In this document: positions 1-9,619 of the stretch, piece by piece
Numbering within the stretch: position 1 is the first letter of the stretch
Layout: every line of letters begins with the position of its first letter
Virus record (IMG/VR): IMGVR_UViG_3300032050_009888
Location: 12,428-76,427 of that record
Strand: one strand, 5' to 3'
Source: a virus
DNA length: 64,000 nucleotides
Notes under the pieces: model-generated
Database searches by the model: none
Told to the model about the DNA's origin: nothing
What the model saw: the letters and a program-made list of their open reading frames with translations, nothing else
Program-made: the position numbers and the translations under genes

Positions 1-1820
1 TAATTATTCGTAATGAAGGTGGAAACCAACTTAAAGTAATGGATGTTGATTCCATTCAAAGAAGTGGCAAATATGAAACAAACTCTTTAGTTGATAGATT
101 TAGTAGAGTTTATTCAACAAACGCAACCTCACTTTATGGTCAACAATTAAATGTTAACTATCAATATCTAAGATCTCAACTCTACTCAGATTATGATGTG
201 ATGGATAATGATGCTATTATAGCGTCTGCTTTAGATATTGTAGCTGATGAATGTTCATTAAAAAATGAAATGGGAGAAGTACTCCAAATTCGTAGTTCAG
301 ATGAAGATATTCAAAAAATACTATATAATTTATTCTATGATGTTTTAAATGTTGAATTTAATCTTTGGTCTTGGACTCGCCAAATGTGTAAATATGGTGA
401 TTTCTTTTTAAAATTAGAAATCGCTGAAAAATTTGGTGTGTATAATGTAATTCCTTATACTGCTTATCATATTGAAAGACAAGAAGGATATGATTCAAAT
501 GCTCCAACAGCAGTAAGATTTAGATTCAACCCAGATGGATTTGTAGGAGGTACAGGTCAGTATACTGTTCCTAATATGGGTGGAGGTAATAACATTAATG
601 CTTCTGGTATCTTTTTTGACAATTATGAAATGGCTCATTTTAGATTGTTAACAGATGTTAACTATCTTCCATATGGTCGTTCATATATAGAACCTGCTCG
701 TAAATTATTTAAACAATATACATTAATGGAAGATGCTATGTTAATTCATAGGATCTCTCGCGCTCCTGAAAAACGAATATTTTATGTTAACGTAGGAGCT
801 ATTCCTCCTAACGAGGTAGAAAACTTCATGCAAAAGACTATTAGAACCATGAAGAAAGTACCTTATATGGATCCACAAACTGGTGAATATAATTTAAAAT
901 ACAACATGCAAAACTTGTTGGAAGACTTTTATATTCCTGTTCGAGGTAATGATCAAACAACTAAAATAGAAACTACTAAAGGTTTAGAGTATAATAGTAT
1001 AGAAGATGTAGTATATTTAAGAGAAAAGTTATTTGCCGCTCTTAAAGTACCTAAAGCATTTATGGGCTATGAAAAAGATTTATCAGGCAAAGCAACATTA
1101 GCAGCAGAAGATATTCGTTTTGCTCGTACAATTGATAGAATCCAACGTATTCTTTTATCAGAACTATATAAAATAGCATTAGTACATTTATACACTCAAG
1201 GATATAGAGGTGAAACTTTAACTAATTTTGAAATCTCATTAACAACACCTTCAATCATTTATGATCAAGAGCGTATAATGTTAATGAAAGAAAAGGTAGA
1301 ATTAGCTAAAAACATTATGGATGCTCAATTATTACCCACAGATTGGATTTACCATCATATATTCCACTTTAGTGAAGACCAATATGATGAATACAGAGAT
1401 TTAATACTTCAAGATGCTAAACGTAGATTCAGATTAGCTCAGGTGACTAATGAAGGTAATGATCCATTAGAAACAGGTAAATCTTATGGTACACCACATG
1501 ACTTAGCAGCTTTATATGGTAAAGGTCGTGTTGTATCTGATCCTGCTAATGTTCCTGATGGTTATGGAGATGATATAACTTTAGGAAGACCTAAAGAAAA
1601 AGTAAGTACTATTAATACTCAATATAATCCTTTAGGTAGAGATCGTTTAGGTAGAACAGCCATGAAAAATGATGATGAAATGGCAGGTCAATCCAAACAA
1701 TTGACAGAAAATACTTATCTAAAAAATAAACAATTTTTAAATGAAATAGAGAAAAAATTAGTTTTCCAATCAGATAAGGCAAAAGAATCATTATTAGACG
1801 AAAAACAACTGCGAGGTTAA
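1..1820 (+). CDS. gp20: Portal protein (T4 gp20-like), 5'-truncated by the window edge
   Basis: Motifs YGRSYIEPARK, MEDAMLIHRISRAPEKRIFY, EDFYIPVRG, LFAALKVP. The frame is open upstream of the Met at 39 (IIRNEGGNQLKV), so the true start is before position 1. Confidence 0.93.
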   Translation, partial: IIRNEGGNQLKVMDVDSIQRSGKYETNSLVDRFSRVYSTNATSLYGQQLNVNYQYLRSQLYSDYDVMDNDAIIASALDIVADECSLKNEMGEVLQIRSSDEDIQKILYNLFYDVLNVEFNLWSWTRQMCKYGDFFLKLEIAEKFGVYNVIPYTAYHIERQEGYDSNAPTAVRFRFNPDGFVGGTGQYTVPNMGGGNNINASGIFFDNYEMAHFRLLTDVNYLPYGRSYIEPARKLFKQYTLMEDAMLIHRISRAPEKRIFYVNVGAIPPNEVENFMQKTIRTMKKVPYMDPQTGEYNLKYNMQNLLEDFYIPVRGNDQTTKIETTKGLEYNSIEDVVYLREKLFAALKVPKAFMGYEKDLSGKATLAAEDIRFARTIDRIQRILLSELYKIALVHLYTQGYRGETLTNFEISLTTPSIIYDQERIMLMKEKVELAKNIMDAQLLPTDWIYHHIFHFSEDQYDEYRDLILQDAKRRFRLAQVTNEGNDPLETGKSYGTPHDLAALYGKGRVVSDPANVPDGYGDDITLGRPKEKVSTINTQYNPLGRDRLGRTAMKNDDEMAGQSKQLTENTYLKNKQFLNEIEKKLVFQSDKAKESLLDEKQLRG

Positions 1821-1831
1821 ACAATCCTGAT

Positions 1832-1840
1832 ATATTTATA
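1832..1840 (+). promoter_or_regulatory. Putative late promoter motif ATATTTATA (first of ~20 copies)
   Basis: The same motif lies just upstream of starts at 9190, 10811, 13549, 14098, 15956, 18349, 23130 (G variant), 24704, 27246, 27540, 29721, 30299, 31384, 33757, 41892, 58393 and 59470, with ATATTTATT variants at 42319, 55650 and 59034. Confidence 0.8.
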
Positions 1841-1858
1841 ACAAAAACATAACTTTAA

Positions 1859-2716
1859 ATGCTTATAAAACATTCAAAATTTAAGAATACAGGTATTCTC
1901 TTTGAATTATTAGTAAGGCAGATAACATCCGACACTTTATCGGGTAAATCCTCAGAAGCCACGGGTATTCTTAAAAAGTTTTTCAGTAAAACTGAATTAG
2001 GACGCGAATATAAATTATATGAAAGTTTATTAAAGCGTACTAATTTAACTGAAGGGAAAGCTGAAATTATAATCAATACTATCTTAGAAAGCTCCAAGCA
2101 ATTAAACCGCTCAGCTCTTAAAAGACAAAAGTATAATTTAATTAATGAAATTAAAAAATATTATAATTTAGAGGACTTTTTTAAAAGTAAATTACCTAAC
2201 TATAAGGCTCAAGCCTCAATCTATACTTTAATTGAAGCCTATAATAGTGAGAAAAAAGTGTTTCATGAGCAAACAATTTCAAATAAATTAGTTTTACTTG
2301 AACATTTAACTTCATTAACATCAAAACCAAAAGAATCTAATGATGAAGTAATAAATGAATTTTCTACTTATGACAAAGATACTCGTATCTTAACATATAA
2401 AATTTTATTAGACAAATTCAACAGTAAATACTCAGACTTTAGTAATACTAAAAAAACAATTCTTAAAGAGTTTATTAATAGTGTAGATAACACAAGTAAA
2501 CTTAAAGAATTTTATAATACTAAAATTGGTGATTTCAAAAATGAACTTGTTAAATTAAATAAAAAAACTAAAAATGAAGTTACCAAAATTAAAATCAATG
2601 AGGTAACTAATTTATTACTTGAGTTAGGAAAAAATGATAAAGTAACTAATGATAATATAGTTAATTTATTACAATACTGTGATTTAATTGAAGAACTTAA
2701 ATCAGTAAATGGATAA
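1859..2716 (+). CDS. Hypothetical head-module protein (helical)
   Basis: Full ORF between portal and protease, preceded by the late motif. Confidence 0.7.
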   Translation: MLIKHSKFKNTGILFELLVRQITSDTLSGKSSEATGILKKFFSKTELGREYKLYESLLKRTNLTEGKAEIIINTILESSKQLNRSALKRQKYNLINEIKKYYNLEDFFKSKLPNYKAQASIYTLIEAYNSEKKVFHEQTISNKLVLLEHLTSLTSKPKESNDEVINEFSTYDKDTRILTYKILLDKFNSKYSDFSNTKKTILKEFINSVDNTSKLKEFYNTKIGDFKNELVKLNKKTKNEVTKIKINEVTNLLLELGKNDKVTNDNIVNLLQYCDLIEELKSVNG

Positions 2717-3233
2717 ACCTAATTTAAATAAACTTAAAGAAGTAGTACTCAAAAAGTTAAAAGAAATGAGTGCTACTGGCGCTGGAGCAGGTGCTGGTAC
2801 TTTCACTCCTGGCTCTGGAGCTCAATATGCTACTCCTTATGCTTTTAATCCTAATAAAAAAGCTAAAGGAGCCCAAAATATTTATTATTATAAGTTAGGT
2901 TGGAAACCAGTAAATGCTAAAAAGCTTCATAAAGCTTCTAAAACTATAGATCATAAAGATTTATGGAAAAAGAAATTAGAAGAAGAAGCAACTGACACTT
3001 ACATTAATAATCTTAACTTAACTGATCCTGCTTTATCACAATTTATAGAAAAAAGAGTAAGTGATTTTGATAAAATAGAAGATAAATTAAACACTTTACT
3101 CCCTCTATTAAAACAAGCTAAAGCACAAACAATGGAGTACTATAAAAATTCTCCAGACTTTAAAATACAGTATGGTACCGATTTAGCAGTTGATTATTTA
3201 GACGACATCATTAAACTCTTCAATAAAAAATGA
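2709..3233 (+). CDS. Hypothetical head-module protein, possible prohead core/internal protein
   Basis: Position in the head module; L-x-E motifs (LKEV, LKEM, LEEE); Gly/Ala-rich patch with YATPYAF. Confidence 0.6.
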   Translation: MDKPNLNKLKEVVLKKLKEMSATGAGAGAGTFTPGSGAQYATPYAFNPNKKAKGAQNIYYYKLGWKPVNAKKLHKASKTIDHKDLWKKKLEEEATDTYINNLNLTDPALSQFIEKRVSDFDKIEDKLNTLLPLLKQAKAQTMEYYKNSPDFKIQYGTDLAVDYLDDIIKLFNKK

Positions 3234-4765
3234 GAACACTACAAGAACAATATAACGCCATTAAAAATGGTAACGGAAATAAAGCTCAATTCTTAAAACA
3301 AGCTAGACATTTGTTTCCTCAATATGTGAATCAATACTCTGATTTTGACACAGCCTCGGGTGTATTAAAATCTAAACAAATCATTAGTGAAGCAGCAGGT
3401 GGTGTTGTTTCTAAAGGATTTGATATTTGGGATTGGAAGAAAATTTTAGCAGAAGAGACTAAAGCAACTGAAAAAGAAACATCTAAAGAAGTATTAGATG
3501 CTCAAAAACACGCTTATAATAACTCAGACATGAAAAACGCTGATAACGTTAATTTTAACGAGATCATGAAAGGATTTTATGCTGAATTAAAAGACGAGAA
3601 GAATAAAGAAAAAAGTGGTGATGAACTTAAAGCTATAGTTGTTAAAAACTTAGCTAAAGATCCTTTATATTATACTAAAAATGGTGAATTTGGAACTAAA
3701 GGAGTTGGATATACAACTGAAGCTCCTGGTTTAGGCGAACCTAAAGAACCAAAAGGTAAACATAAATCATCAGGTTATGGTGATTTAAAAGAAAATAAAG
3801 AAAAAAGAGAATTATCATTACAATTAATTGATAAAGAAGATAAAAAGGGATTAGCTCTTTATAAGAATACTAAAGATCAAAACGATTTATATTATTATGA
3901 TGGAAAAGTATTATATAGTATTAGAGATGATGGATCAAAAGGACCTTCTGTTAGAATGAGTTTATTTAATATAACTGGATTAAGAGAAGGAAAAATTAAA
4001 GAAAACACTGATATTTTAGATTATTATTTAAGTGTTATTGATTCTAATAATATGAGTAAGGACGAAGCGTTTGCTTATCTAGAAAATGAAGATCTCCCAG
4101 GAACTCAAATTGACACAATTATGAACTATGCTTTTCCTATAAAGGCGGATAAAGATATTCCATCTCAAGGAATGACTGAAGCAGAACAAAAACTTCGTTC
4201 TTTAGTTCGTAATATTATTAAAGAAGAACTTAATAAATATGGAGAAGAGAAGGAAGATTGGAACGATCAAACTGGAGATTATGATGAAGCTAATTTAAGT
4301 GAAAATAATGAATCCCCGGTTAAAAAAGGTGATATTCTCTATCATAAAAATAGTGATTCTACACTTGAAGTAACAAATATTGAACCCAAAAGTATTTCTA
4401 TGAAAGTAATCAAAGTTTCAGATAAAACCCCAACTTACATTAAAGTAGGACAAAAATCTAAAACTAGTTATAGTGCTATAGGTAAAACTTATATTAAAAA
4501 AGAAATAAATTTAAACGAAGGATCAATCCCTGCTAAAGCAGAAAAAATAACAGATAAAGTAATTAAATGGTATGAAAATCATCCTAATCCTAAAATGAAA
4601 GAGTTACTTAATTCTGTTGAGAAAAATATAGAAAATATGCTTTCTAAAACTGTAGGTAAAAATGCTATTAGTGTTGAAGAATTTGAAAAAATAGTTAAAT
4701 CCAAATACGGAAAACCATTTGAAGATCCAAACTATAGCGTATTTAAAAAAGCGACAAATAAATAA
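3230..4765 (+). CDS. Putative internal head protein, modular and probably protease-processed
   Basis: Directly upstream of the protease; repeated L/I-x-E motifs separate dissimilar segments. Confidence 0.55.
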   Translation: MRTLQEQYNAIKNGNGNKAQFLKQARHLFPQYVNQYSDFDTASGVLKSKQIISEAAGGVVSKGFDIWDWKKILAEETKATEKETSKEVLDAQKHAYNNSDMKNADNVNFNEIMKGFYAELKDEKNKEKSGDELKAIVVKNLAKDPLYYTKNGEFGTKGVGYTTEAPGLGEPKEPKGKHKSSGYGDLKENKEKRELSLQLIDKEDKKGLALYKNTKDQNDLYYYDGKVLYSIRDDGSKGPSVRMSLFNITGLREGKIKENTDILDYYLSVIDSNNMSKDEAFAYLENEDLPGTQIDTIMNYAFPIKADKDIPSQGMTEAEQKLRSLVRNIIKEELNKYGEEKEDWNDQTGDYDEANLSENNESPVKKGDILYHKNSDSTLEVTNIEPKSISMKVIKVSDKTPTYIKVGQKSKTSYSAIGKTYIKKEINLNEGSIPAKAEKITDKVIKWYENHPNPKMKELLNSVEKNIENMLSKTVGKNAISVEEFEKIVKSKYGKPFEDPNYSVFKKATNK

Positions 4766-4766
4766 T

Positions 4767-5366
4767 ATGAAATCCTTATTAATAGAGACTCGCCCATTTA
4801 GTATATCACCAGTTGCTCTTACTGAAGGTAAGAGTGTGAATGGTAATCCTTTAGTTGAAGGTATTCTAGCTACTTGTGAAGTAAAAAACGGAAATGGTAG
4901 ATACTATGCTAAAGATTTATGGGAAAGAGAAATTAATAAGTATATGACTTTAGTTAAAGAAAGAAGAGCATGTGGTGAATTAGATCATCCTGACTCTCAA
5001 GTAATTAACTTAAAAAATGTATCACATAATATATCAAGCATTTGGTGGGACGGAGATAACATTATGGGTAAAATAGAAATTTTACCAACTCCATCAGGTA
5101 ATATTTTAACAGCTTTAATAGGATCAGGTATTAAAGTAGGGGTTTCATCTCGCGGAATGGGAAGCCTAAAACAAGTAGGTGAAGTATTAGAAGTACAAGA
5201 TGATTTTGAACTATTATGTTGGGATTTTGTAAGTACACCTTCAAATCCAGGCTCATTTATGACTCCATTAAATGAAGGATTATCATCTCCAATTAATCCT
5301 TATGGTAGAGTAAATTCTATAGTGACAGAAATTTTATGTGCTAACGGCACCTGTCCTATTTTTTAA
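4767..5366 (+). CDS. gp21: Prohead core protease (T4 gp21-like)
   Basis: KNGNGRYY, GELDHP, NVSH, GVSSRGMGS, WDFVSTPS. The ATG at 4767 is preferred over 4719, which overlaps the upstream gene. Confidence 0.93.
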   Translation: MKSLLIETRPFSISPVALTEGKSVNGNPLVEGILATCEVKNGNGRYYAKDLWEREINKYMTLVKERRACGELDHPDSQVINLKNVSHNISSIWWDGDNIMGKIEILPTPSGNILTALIGSGIKVGVSSRGMGSLKQVGEVLEVQDDFELLCWDFVSTPSNPGSFMTPLNEGLSSPINPYGRVNSIVTEILCANGTCPIF

Positions 5367-5401
5367 AAAAGCGCTTTTCTTTTCCTCGCTCTGCGACTTT
5401 A

Positions 5402-5525
5402 TATAAATACGCATATACGTATCACAGAATATGCCCATTAATGAGGCATTACTTTTATATAATACATTACGCTTCGAACATCAGTTCATATTAAGCGTAT
5501 TTCCAAATTAAAAACTTAAGGAAAA
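5402..5525 (+). promoter_or_regulatory. Structured leader of the scaffold-capsid operon
   Basis: TATAAATA at 5402 and ATACGTAT at 5415. Hairpins ATGCC/GGCAT (5431-5449), TACGCTT/AAGCGTA (5468-5499) and TTTCC/GGAAA (5500-5524). Confidence 0.5.
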
Positions 5526-6647
5526 ATGGCAACAAACAGAGATTTGCTTAAAGAAGCAATCGCAGATGCTAAAGCTGTTAAAGAAACTGCTATCGCAAAT
5601 GCAAAAGCTGCTTTAGAAGAAGCATTTACTCCCTACCTCAAGGAAAAATTATCTGCTAAATTACAAGAAATGGAAGATAATGAAACTGAGTTAGAAGAAA
5701 GTGAAGTTTCTGAAGTAGAAAAAGAAAAGAAAATGGAAGAAGCAAAGAAAGAAGAAGACATGACCGAAGAAGTTTCTTTAGATGAACTATTAGCTGAATT
5801 AGAAGAATCTGATGACATGGACGAAACGTACATGGAAGAAGATGTTTATGAAGCTAAAGGTGAAGAAGAAGAAATGTCAATCGAAGATATGTCTGAAGAT
5901 GATCTTAAATCTTTCATTGAAGATGTAATTAAAGACATGGTATCAGCTGGTGAATTAGAAGCTGGCGAAGAAGGTGAAGAAGAAGTTGATATGGATATGG
6001 AAGCAGGCGCTGAAGAAGAGCTTGACGAAGTTTTCAATATTGATGAACTCTTAGCTGAAATGGAAAAAGAAGAATCTCTTGAAGAGAAAAAAGAAAAAGA
6101 AAAAATGGAAGAAATTGAAATTGGCTCTGATGTTTATTTAAATCAAGCTGAAACAATCCTAGCTGTTCTTAGTACTCTTGGTATAGTAGGCGCAGCCGCT
6201 CTAGCCACAGATGAAATCAGAACTGGTTTAGCTAATGCTCTTAAAAAGGGTAAAAAAGCAGCAGCTGATTTTATTAAAGGTTTAAAAGGTAAAACTGCTG
6301 AAACTCAAGAAATGGAAGAACAATTAAATGAACTTCGTAATGAATTAAATGAAGTAAATTTATTGAACGCTAAACTTCTTTACACTAACAAAATCTTCCG
6401 CAACAAGTCTTTAACTGAATCACAAAAGGTAAAGGTTTTAACTGCGTTTGATAAAGCAACAACTAAAAAAGAAGTTGAACTTGTTTATGAAACTTTAGTA
6501 GAAGGCTTAAAAACAACTACAAAAGCTCCTATTAAAGAATCATTAGGTTCTGCCTCTAAAGTATTAGGTGGTGCTACATCAAAACCAATCATTGAGAACG
6601 ATGCTTTCGCTCGTATGCGTGAGTTAGCGTTTGGTGGTAACAAATAA
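5526..6647 (+). CDS. Prohead scaffold/core protein (gp22-like role)
   Basis: Between protease and capsid; very acidic coiled-coil with many L/I/M-x-E sites. Confidence 0.8.
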   Translation: MATNRDLLKEAIADAKAVKETAIANAKAALEEAFTPYLKEKLSAKLQEMEDNETELEESEVSEVEKEKKMEEAKKEEDMTEEVSLDELLAELEESDDMDETYMEEDVYEAKGEEEEMSIEDMSEDDLKSFIEDVIKDMVSAGELEAGEEGEEEVDMDMEAGAEEELDEVFNIDELLAEMEKEESLEEKKEKEKMEEIEIGSDVYLNQAETILAVLSTLGIVGAAALATDEIRTGLANALKKGKKAAADFIKGLKGKTAETQEMEEQLNELRNELNEVNLLNAKLLYTNKIFRNKSLTESQKVKVLTAFDKATTKKEVELVYETLVEGLKTTTKAPIKESLGSASKVLGGATSKPIIENDAFARMRELAFGGNK

Positions 6648-6693
6648 CTTAATTTAAAAACAATTTAAAAACAAATTAAAAACTGAAAAAAAC

Positions 6694-8364
6694 ATGAGTT
6701 CAATTCAATCATTACTCGAATCAGCTAATCCCTGGAAATCGCTTCAAGGCGATGCTGCCAAATTAGCTTCCAAGTGGTCCAAGACGGGCTTACTTGAAGG
6801 CTTTGGTTCAGAGGTTGAGCGCAATAATATGGCTCTTATCCTTGAAAATCAAGCAAAACAATTAGTAGTAGAAGCTAGCCAAACTGGTGCTTCTCCAACC
6901 GCAGGTACATTTACTGTAGGTCAATCTGAAAACTGGGCTGGTATTGCTCTTCCATTAGTACGTAAAGTATTTGGACAAATCGCCGCAAAAGAATTTGTTA
7001 GTGTACAGCCAATGAATTTACCTTCTGGTCTTGTATTCTTCCTTGACTTCCAATATGGAACTACTAAGAATCCATTCACTTCTGGTGATTCTATGTATGG
7101 TGCTCGTAATCCATTAGGTCAATTCCCATTCCAAACTACTGGCACTACTGGTGGTTTATATGGGGCTGGTCGTTTTGCTTACTCCACTAACCAATTTACT
7201 GCTTCTGCTGTAACAGTTACAGCAGCTTCAGCTTCTTGGGCTGAAGTAGGATTTGATTCTGATTTATCAGCATCAGCAGCTGCTGGTAGTATTAAGAAAT
7301 TAACTATAGGTACTGCTTCATTATCAGCTTTTGATCCAGATGCAGTTCGTGGATTTATTATTACTTCAGGTTCAGTGTCTGTAGCTGATAATCTTTCCGC
7401 ATTCCATGCTTATAATTATACTGCTGGTCAGATCAATTTCTTTGTTACGGCTTCTACTGCTGAAATCCCAACTTTAACAACAGCATTTACTGTCTTCTAT
7501 AATAAAATTACAGCTGATAATAATCGTGGTGATTTTGAAGATGGACAAACATTTAGTACAAATACTGCGGTTGGTGCTACAGGTACTACAATCTCTATTC
7601 CTGAAGTTAATATCAAGATGCAATCTCAAGCTATTGTTGCTAAGACTAAAAAGTTAAAAGCAGTGTGGACGCCTGAATTCGCTCAAGATTTGAACGCTTA
7701 CCAGAATATTGATGCTGAAGCTGAATTAACTAACATCATGAGCGAATACATTTCTATGGAAATTGACCTCGAAATTCTTGATATGTTAATTGAAGATGCT
7801 GCTGCTGGTACTGAATACTGGTCTGTAAATAATAACACTTTCTTTGATGCTGCTACTTCAACTTTAGTTGAAAGATCAGTAGCTGGCGGTGGATATTACA
7901 ACACTCAAGGCGGTTGGTTCCAAACTCTTGGAACTAAAATGCAGAAGATTTCTAACAAGATTCACCAATTAACCCTCCGTGGTGGTGCAAACTTCTTAGT
8001 ATGTTCTCCTACCGTAGCTACTGTACTCGAATCAATCCCAGGTTTTGCCGCTAACACTAATGGTGATGCTGCTAACATGGAATATGCTTTCGGTGTTCAG
8101 AAAGTTGGTGCTATCAATAACCGCTATACCGTTTATAAGAATCCATATATGACTGAAAACGTTATTTTAATGGGATTCCGTGGTAAGCAGTTCCTTGAGT
8201 CTGGTGCCGTATTCGCTCCATATATTCCGTTGATCATGACTCCTCTTGTGTACGATCCAAATACCTTCACTCCACGTAAAGGTTTGATGACTCGTTACGC
8301 TAAGAAGATGTTACGTCCTGAATTCTATGGTAAGATTTATGTTAGTGGTTTAACTAGCCTCTAA
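6694..8364 (+). CDS. gp23: Major capsid protein (T4 gp23-like)
   Basis: LENQ, VSVQPMNLPSG, KTKKLKAVWTPEFAQDL, DAEAELT, APYIPL, FTPRKGLMTRY. Confidence 0.96.
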   Translation: MSSIQSLLESANPWKSLQGDAAKLASKWSKTGLLEGFGSEVERNNMALILENQAKQLVVEASQTGASPTAGTFTVGQSENWAGIALPLVRKVFGQIAAKEFVSVQPMNLPSGLVFFLDFQYGTTKNPFTSGDSMYGARNPLGQFPFQTTGTTGGLYGAGRFAYSTNQFTASAVTVTAASASWAEVGFDSDLSASAAAGSIKKLTIGTASLSAFDPDAVRGFIITSGSVSVADNLSAFHAYNYTAGQINFFVTASTAEIPTLTTAFTVFYNKITADNNRGDFEDGQTFSTNTAVGATGTTISIPEVNIKMQSQAIVAKTKKLKAVWTPEFAQDLNAYQNIDAEAELTNIMSEYISMEIDLEILDMLIEDAAAGTEYWSVNNNTFFDAATSTLVERSVAGGGYYNTQGGWFQTLGTKMQKISNKIHQLTLRGGANFLVCSPTVATVLESIPGFAANTNGDAANMEYAFGVQKVGAINNRYTVYKNPYMTENVILMGFRGKQFLESGAVFAPYIPLIMTPLVYDPNTFTPRKGLMTRYAKKMLRPEFYGKIYVSGLTSL

Positions 8365-8389
8365 TAGTAGTCTAGCATAAAGAAAAAGT

Positions 8390-8424
8390 AAGCCGAGCCC
8401 TAAAAAGCTCGGCTTCTTTTTTTT
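8390..8424 (+). terminator. Intrinsic terminator after the capsid gene
   Basis: AAGCCGAGC/GCTCGGCTT stem followed by a T-run. Confidence 0.85.
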
Positions 8425-8432
8425 AAAATAAA

Positions 8433-8462
8433 TTTGGATATCTAATTTAAATTATGTATATT
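8433..8462 (+). promoter_or_regulatory. Bipartite promoter TTTGG(A/C)-N18-TATATT, Bacteroidota -33/-7-like (first of 8 copies)
   Basis: Identical spacing at 8433, 40528, 42398, 50832, 51468, 52247, 54925 and 60818 (CTTGGT variant). Confidence 0.8.
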
Positions 8463-8476
8463 TATCAATAAAGATT

Positions 8477-9160
8477 ATGTCATACAATAACGAAGAAATA
8501 GCAAAAGAGAAAAGAAAACCTAAGGGTGATATAAAATTTAAACTTTCTCTTAATGAAGAACAAAAAGAAGCTAAACAGACTATTTTAAATAATCCTGTTA
8601 CTTTAATAAAAGGAATGGCTGGTAGTGGTAAAACATTATTAGCATGTCAAATAGCTTTAGATTTAGTTTTTAAACGAGAAATGGAAAAAATTGTCATTAC
8701 TCGTCCAACTGTTTCTAAAGAAGAAATTGGCTTTCTACCAGGCGATTTAAAAGAAAAAATGGATCCTTGGTTAGCTCCTATCTATTCTAACTTATATCTT
8801 TTATATGATAAGGATAAAATAGATAAAATGGTAATGGAAAATCAAATTGAAATTGTACCGTTCGCATTTATGAGAGGTAGAACTTTTCCAAATAGTTTTG
8901 TTATTGTAGATGAATGTCAAAATATTACTCACCAACAAACTGAAATGATGTTAGGTCGTTTAGGTAAAGGTGGCAAAATGGTATTTTGTGGTGATTTATC
9001 TCAAGTAGACTTAAAAAGTAAAAAAGATTCTGGTATAAGTTTTTTCGCTAGATTAGAAGAAAGAATCAAAGGTGTAAGAATTATCACACTTAAGAAAAAT
9101 CACCGCCATGAGATTGTTGAAGAAATATTAAAAACTTACGAGGACTTTAGAGACTTATAG
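8477..9160 (+). CDS. phoH: PhoH-family ATPase
   Basis: GMAGSGKT, GFLPGDLKEKMDPW, FMRGRTF, DECQN, GDLSQVDL. Confidence 0.95.
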   Translation: MSYNNEEIAKEKRKPKGDIKFKLSLNEEQKEAKQTILNNPVTLIKGMAGSGKTLLACQIALDLVFKREMEKIVITRPTVSKEEIGFLPGDLKEKMDPWLAPIYSNLYLLYDKDKIDKMVMENQIEIVPFAFMRGRTFPNSFVIVDECQNITHQQTEMMLGRLGKGGKMVFCGDLSQVDLKSKKDSGISFFARLEERIKGVRIITLKKNHRHEIVEEILKTYEDFRDL

Positions 9161-9217
9161 TCAATACTACTCTTTTCCTGTATTTTTTAATATTTATAAA
9201 CAACAACTCTACTATAC

Positions 9218-9619
9218 ATGGCAGCAGGAAAATATTCATTTGTTATAGAACAAGGAGCTACAATTAATTTTGAAGTTCAATATAAAGATTCAAATAATAC
9301 TCCCGTAGACTTAACAGGATACTCAGGAAGAATGCAGTTTAGGAGTACATATGCTGATCTACCTAACTCAACAATTTATTTAACTTTAAGTAGTTCATTG
9401 AATCCTGATGGAACTGGTTTAAATTTTAATGGACTAAATGGTACAACTCCAACAACTTCCGGTTCAATAGGAATCTATATAGCTTCTTGTACAAGCTCAG
9501 CATTAACATTTAATACCGCTTATTATGATTTAGAAATATATTCTGGATCAAATTGTCCTTATACTGTACGTTTATTAGAAGGTCAAGTTAAATTAAGTCA
9601 AGAGGTAACTAGATTCTAA
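9218..9619 (+). CDS. Virion structural protein, Ig-like/BppU N-terminal-like
   Basis: IEQGAT...PVDLTGY...YYDLEI...RLLEGQV pattern, typical of phage baseplate/fibre adaptor domains. Confidence 0.6.
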   Translation: MAAGKYSFVIEQGATINFEVQYKDSNNTPVDLTGYSGRMQFRSTYADLPNSTIYLTLSSSLNPDGTGLNFNGLNGTTPTTSGSIGIYIASCTSSALTFNTAYYDLEIYSGSNCPYTVRLLEGQVKLSQEVTRF

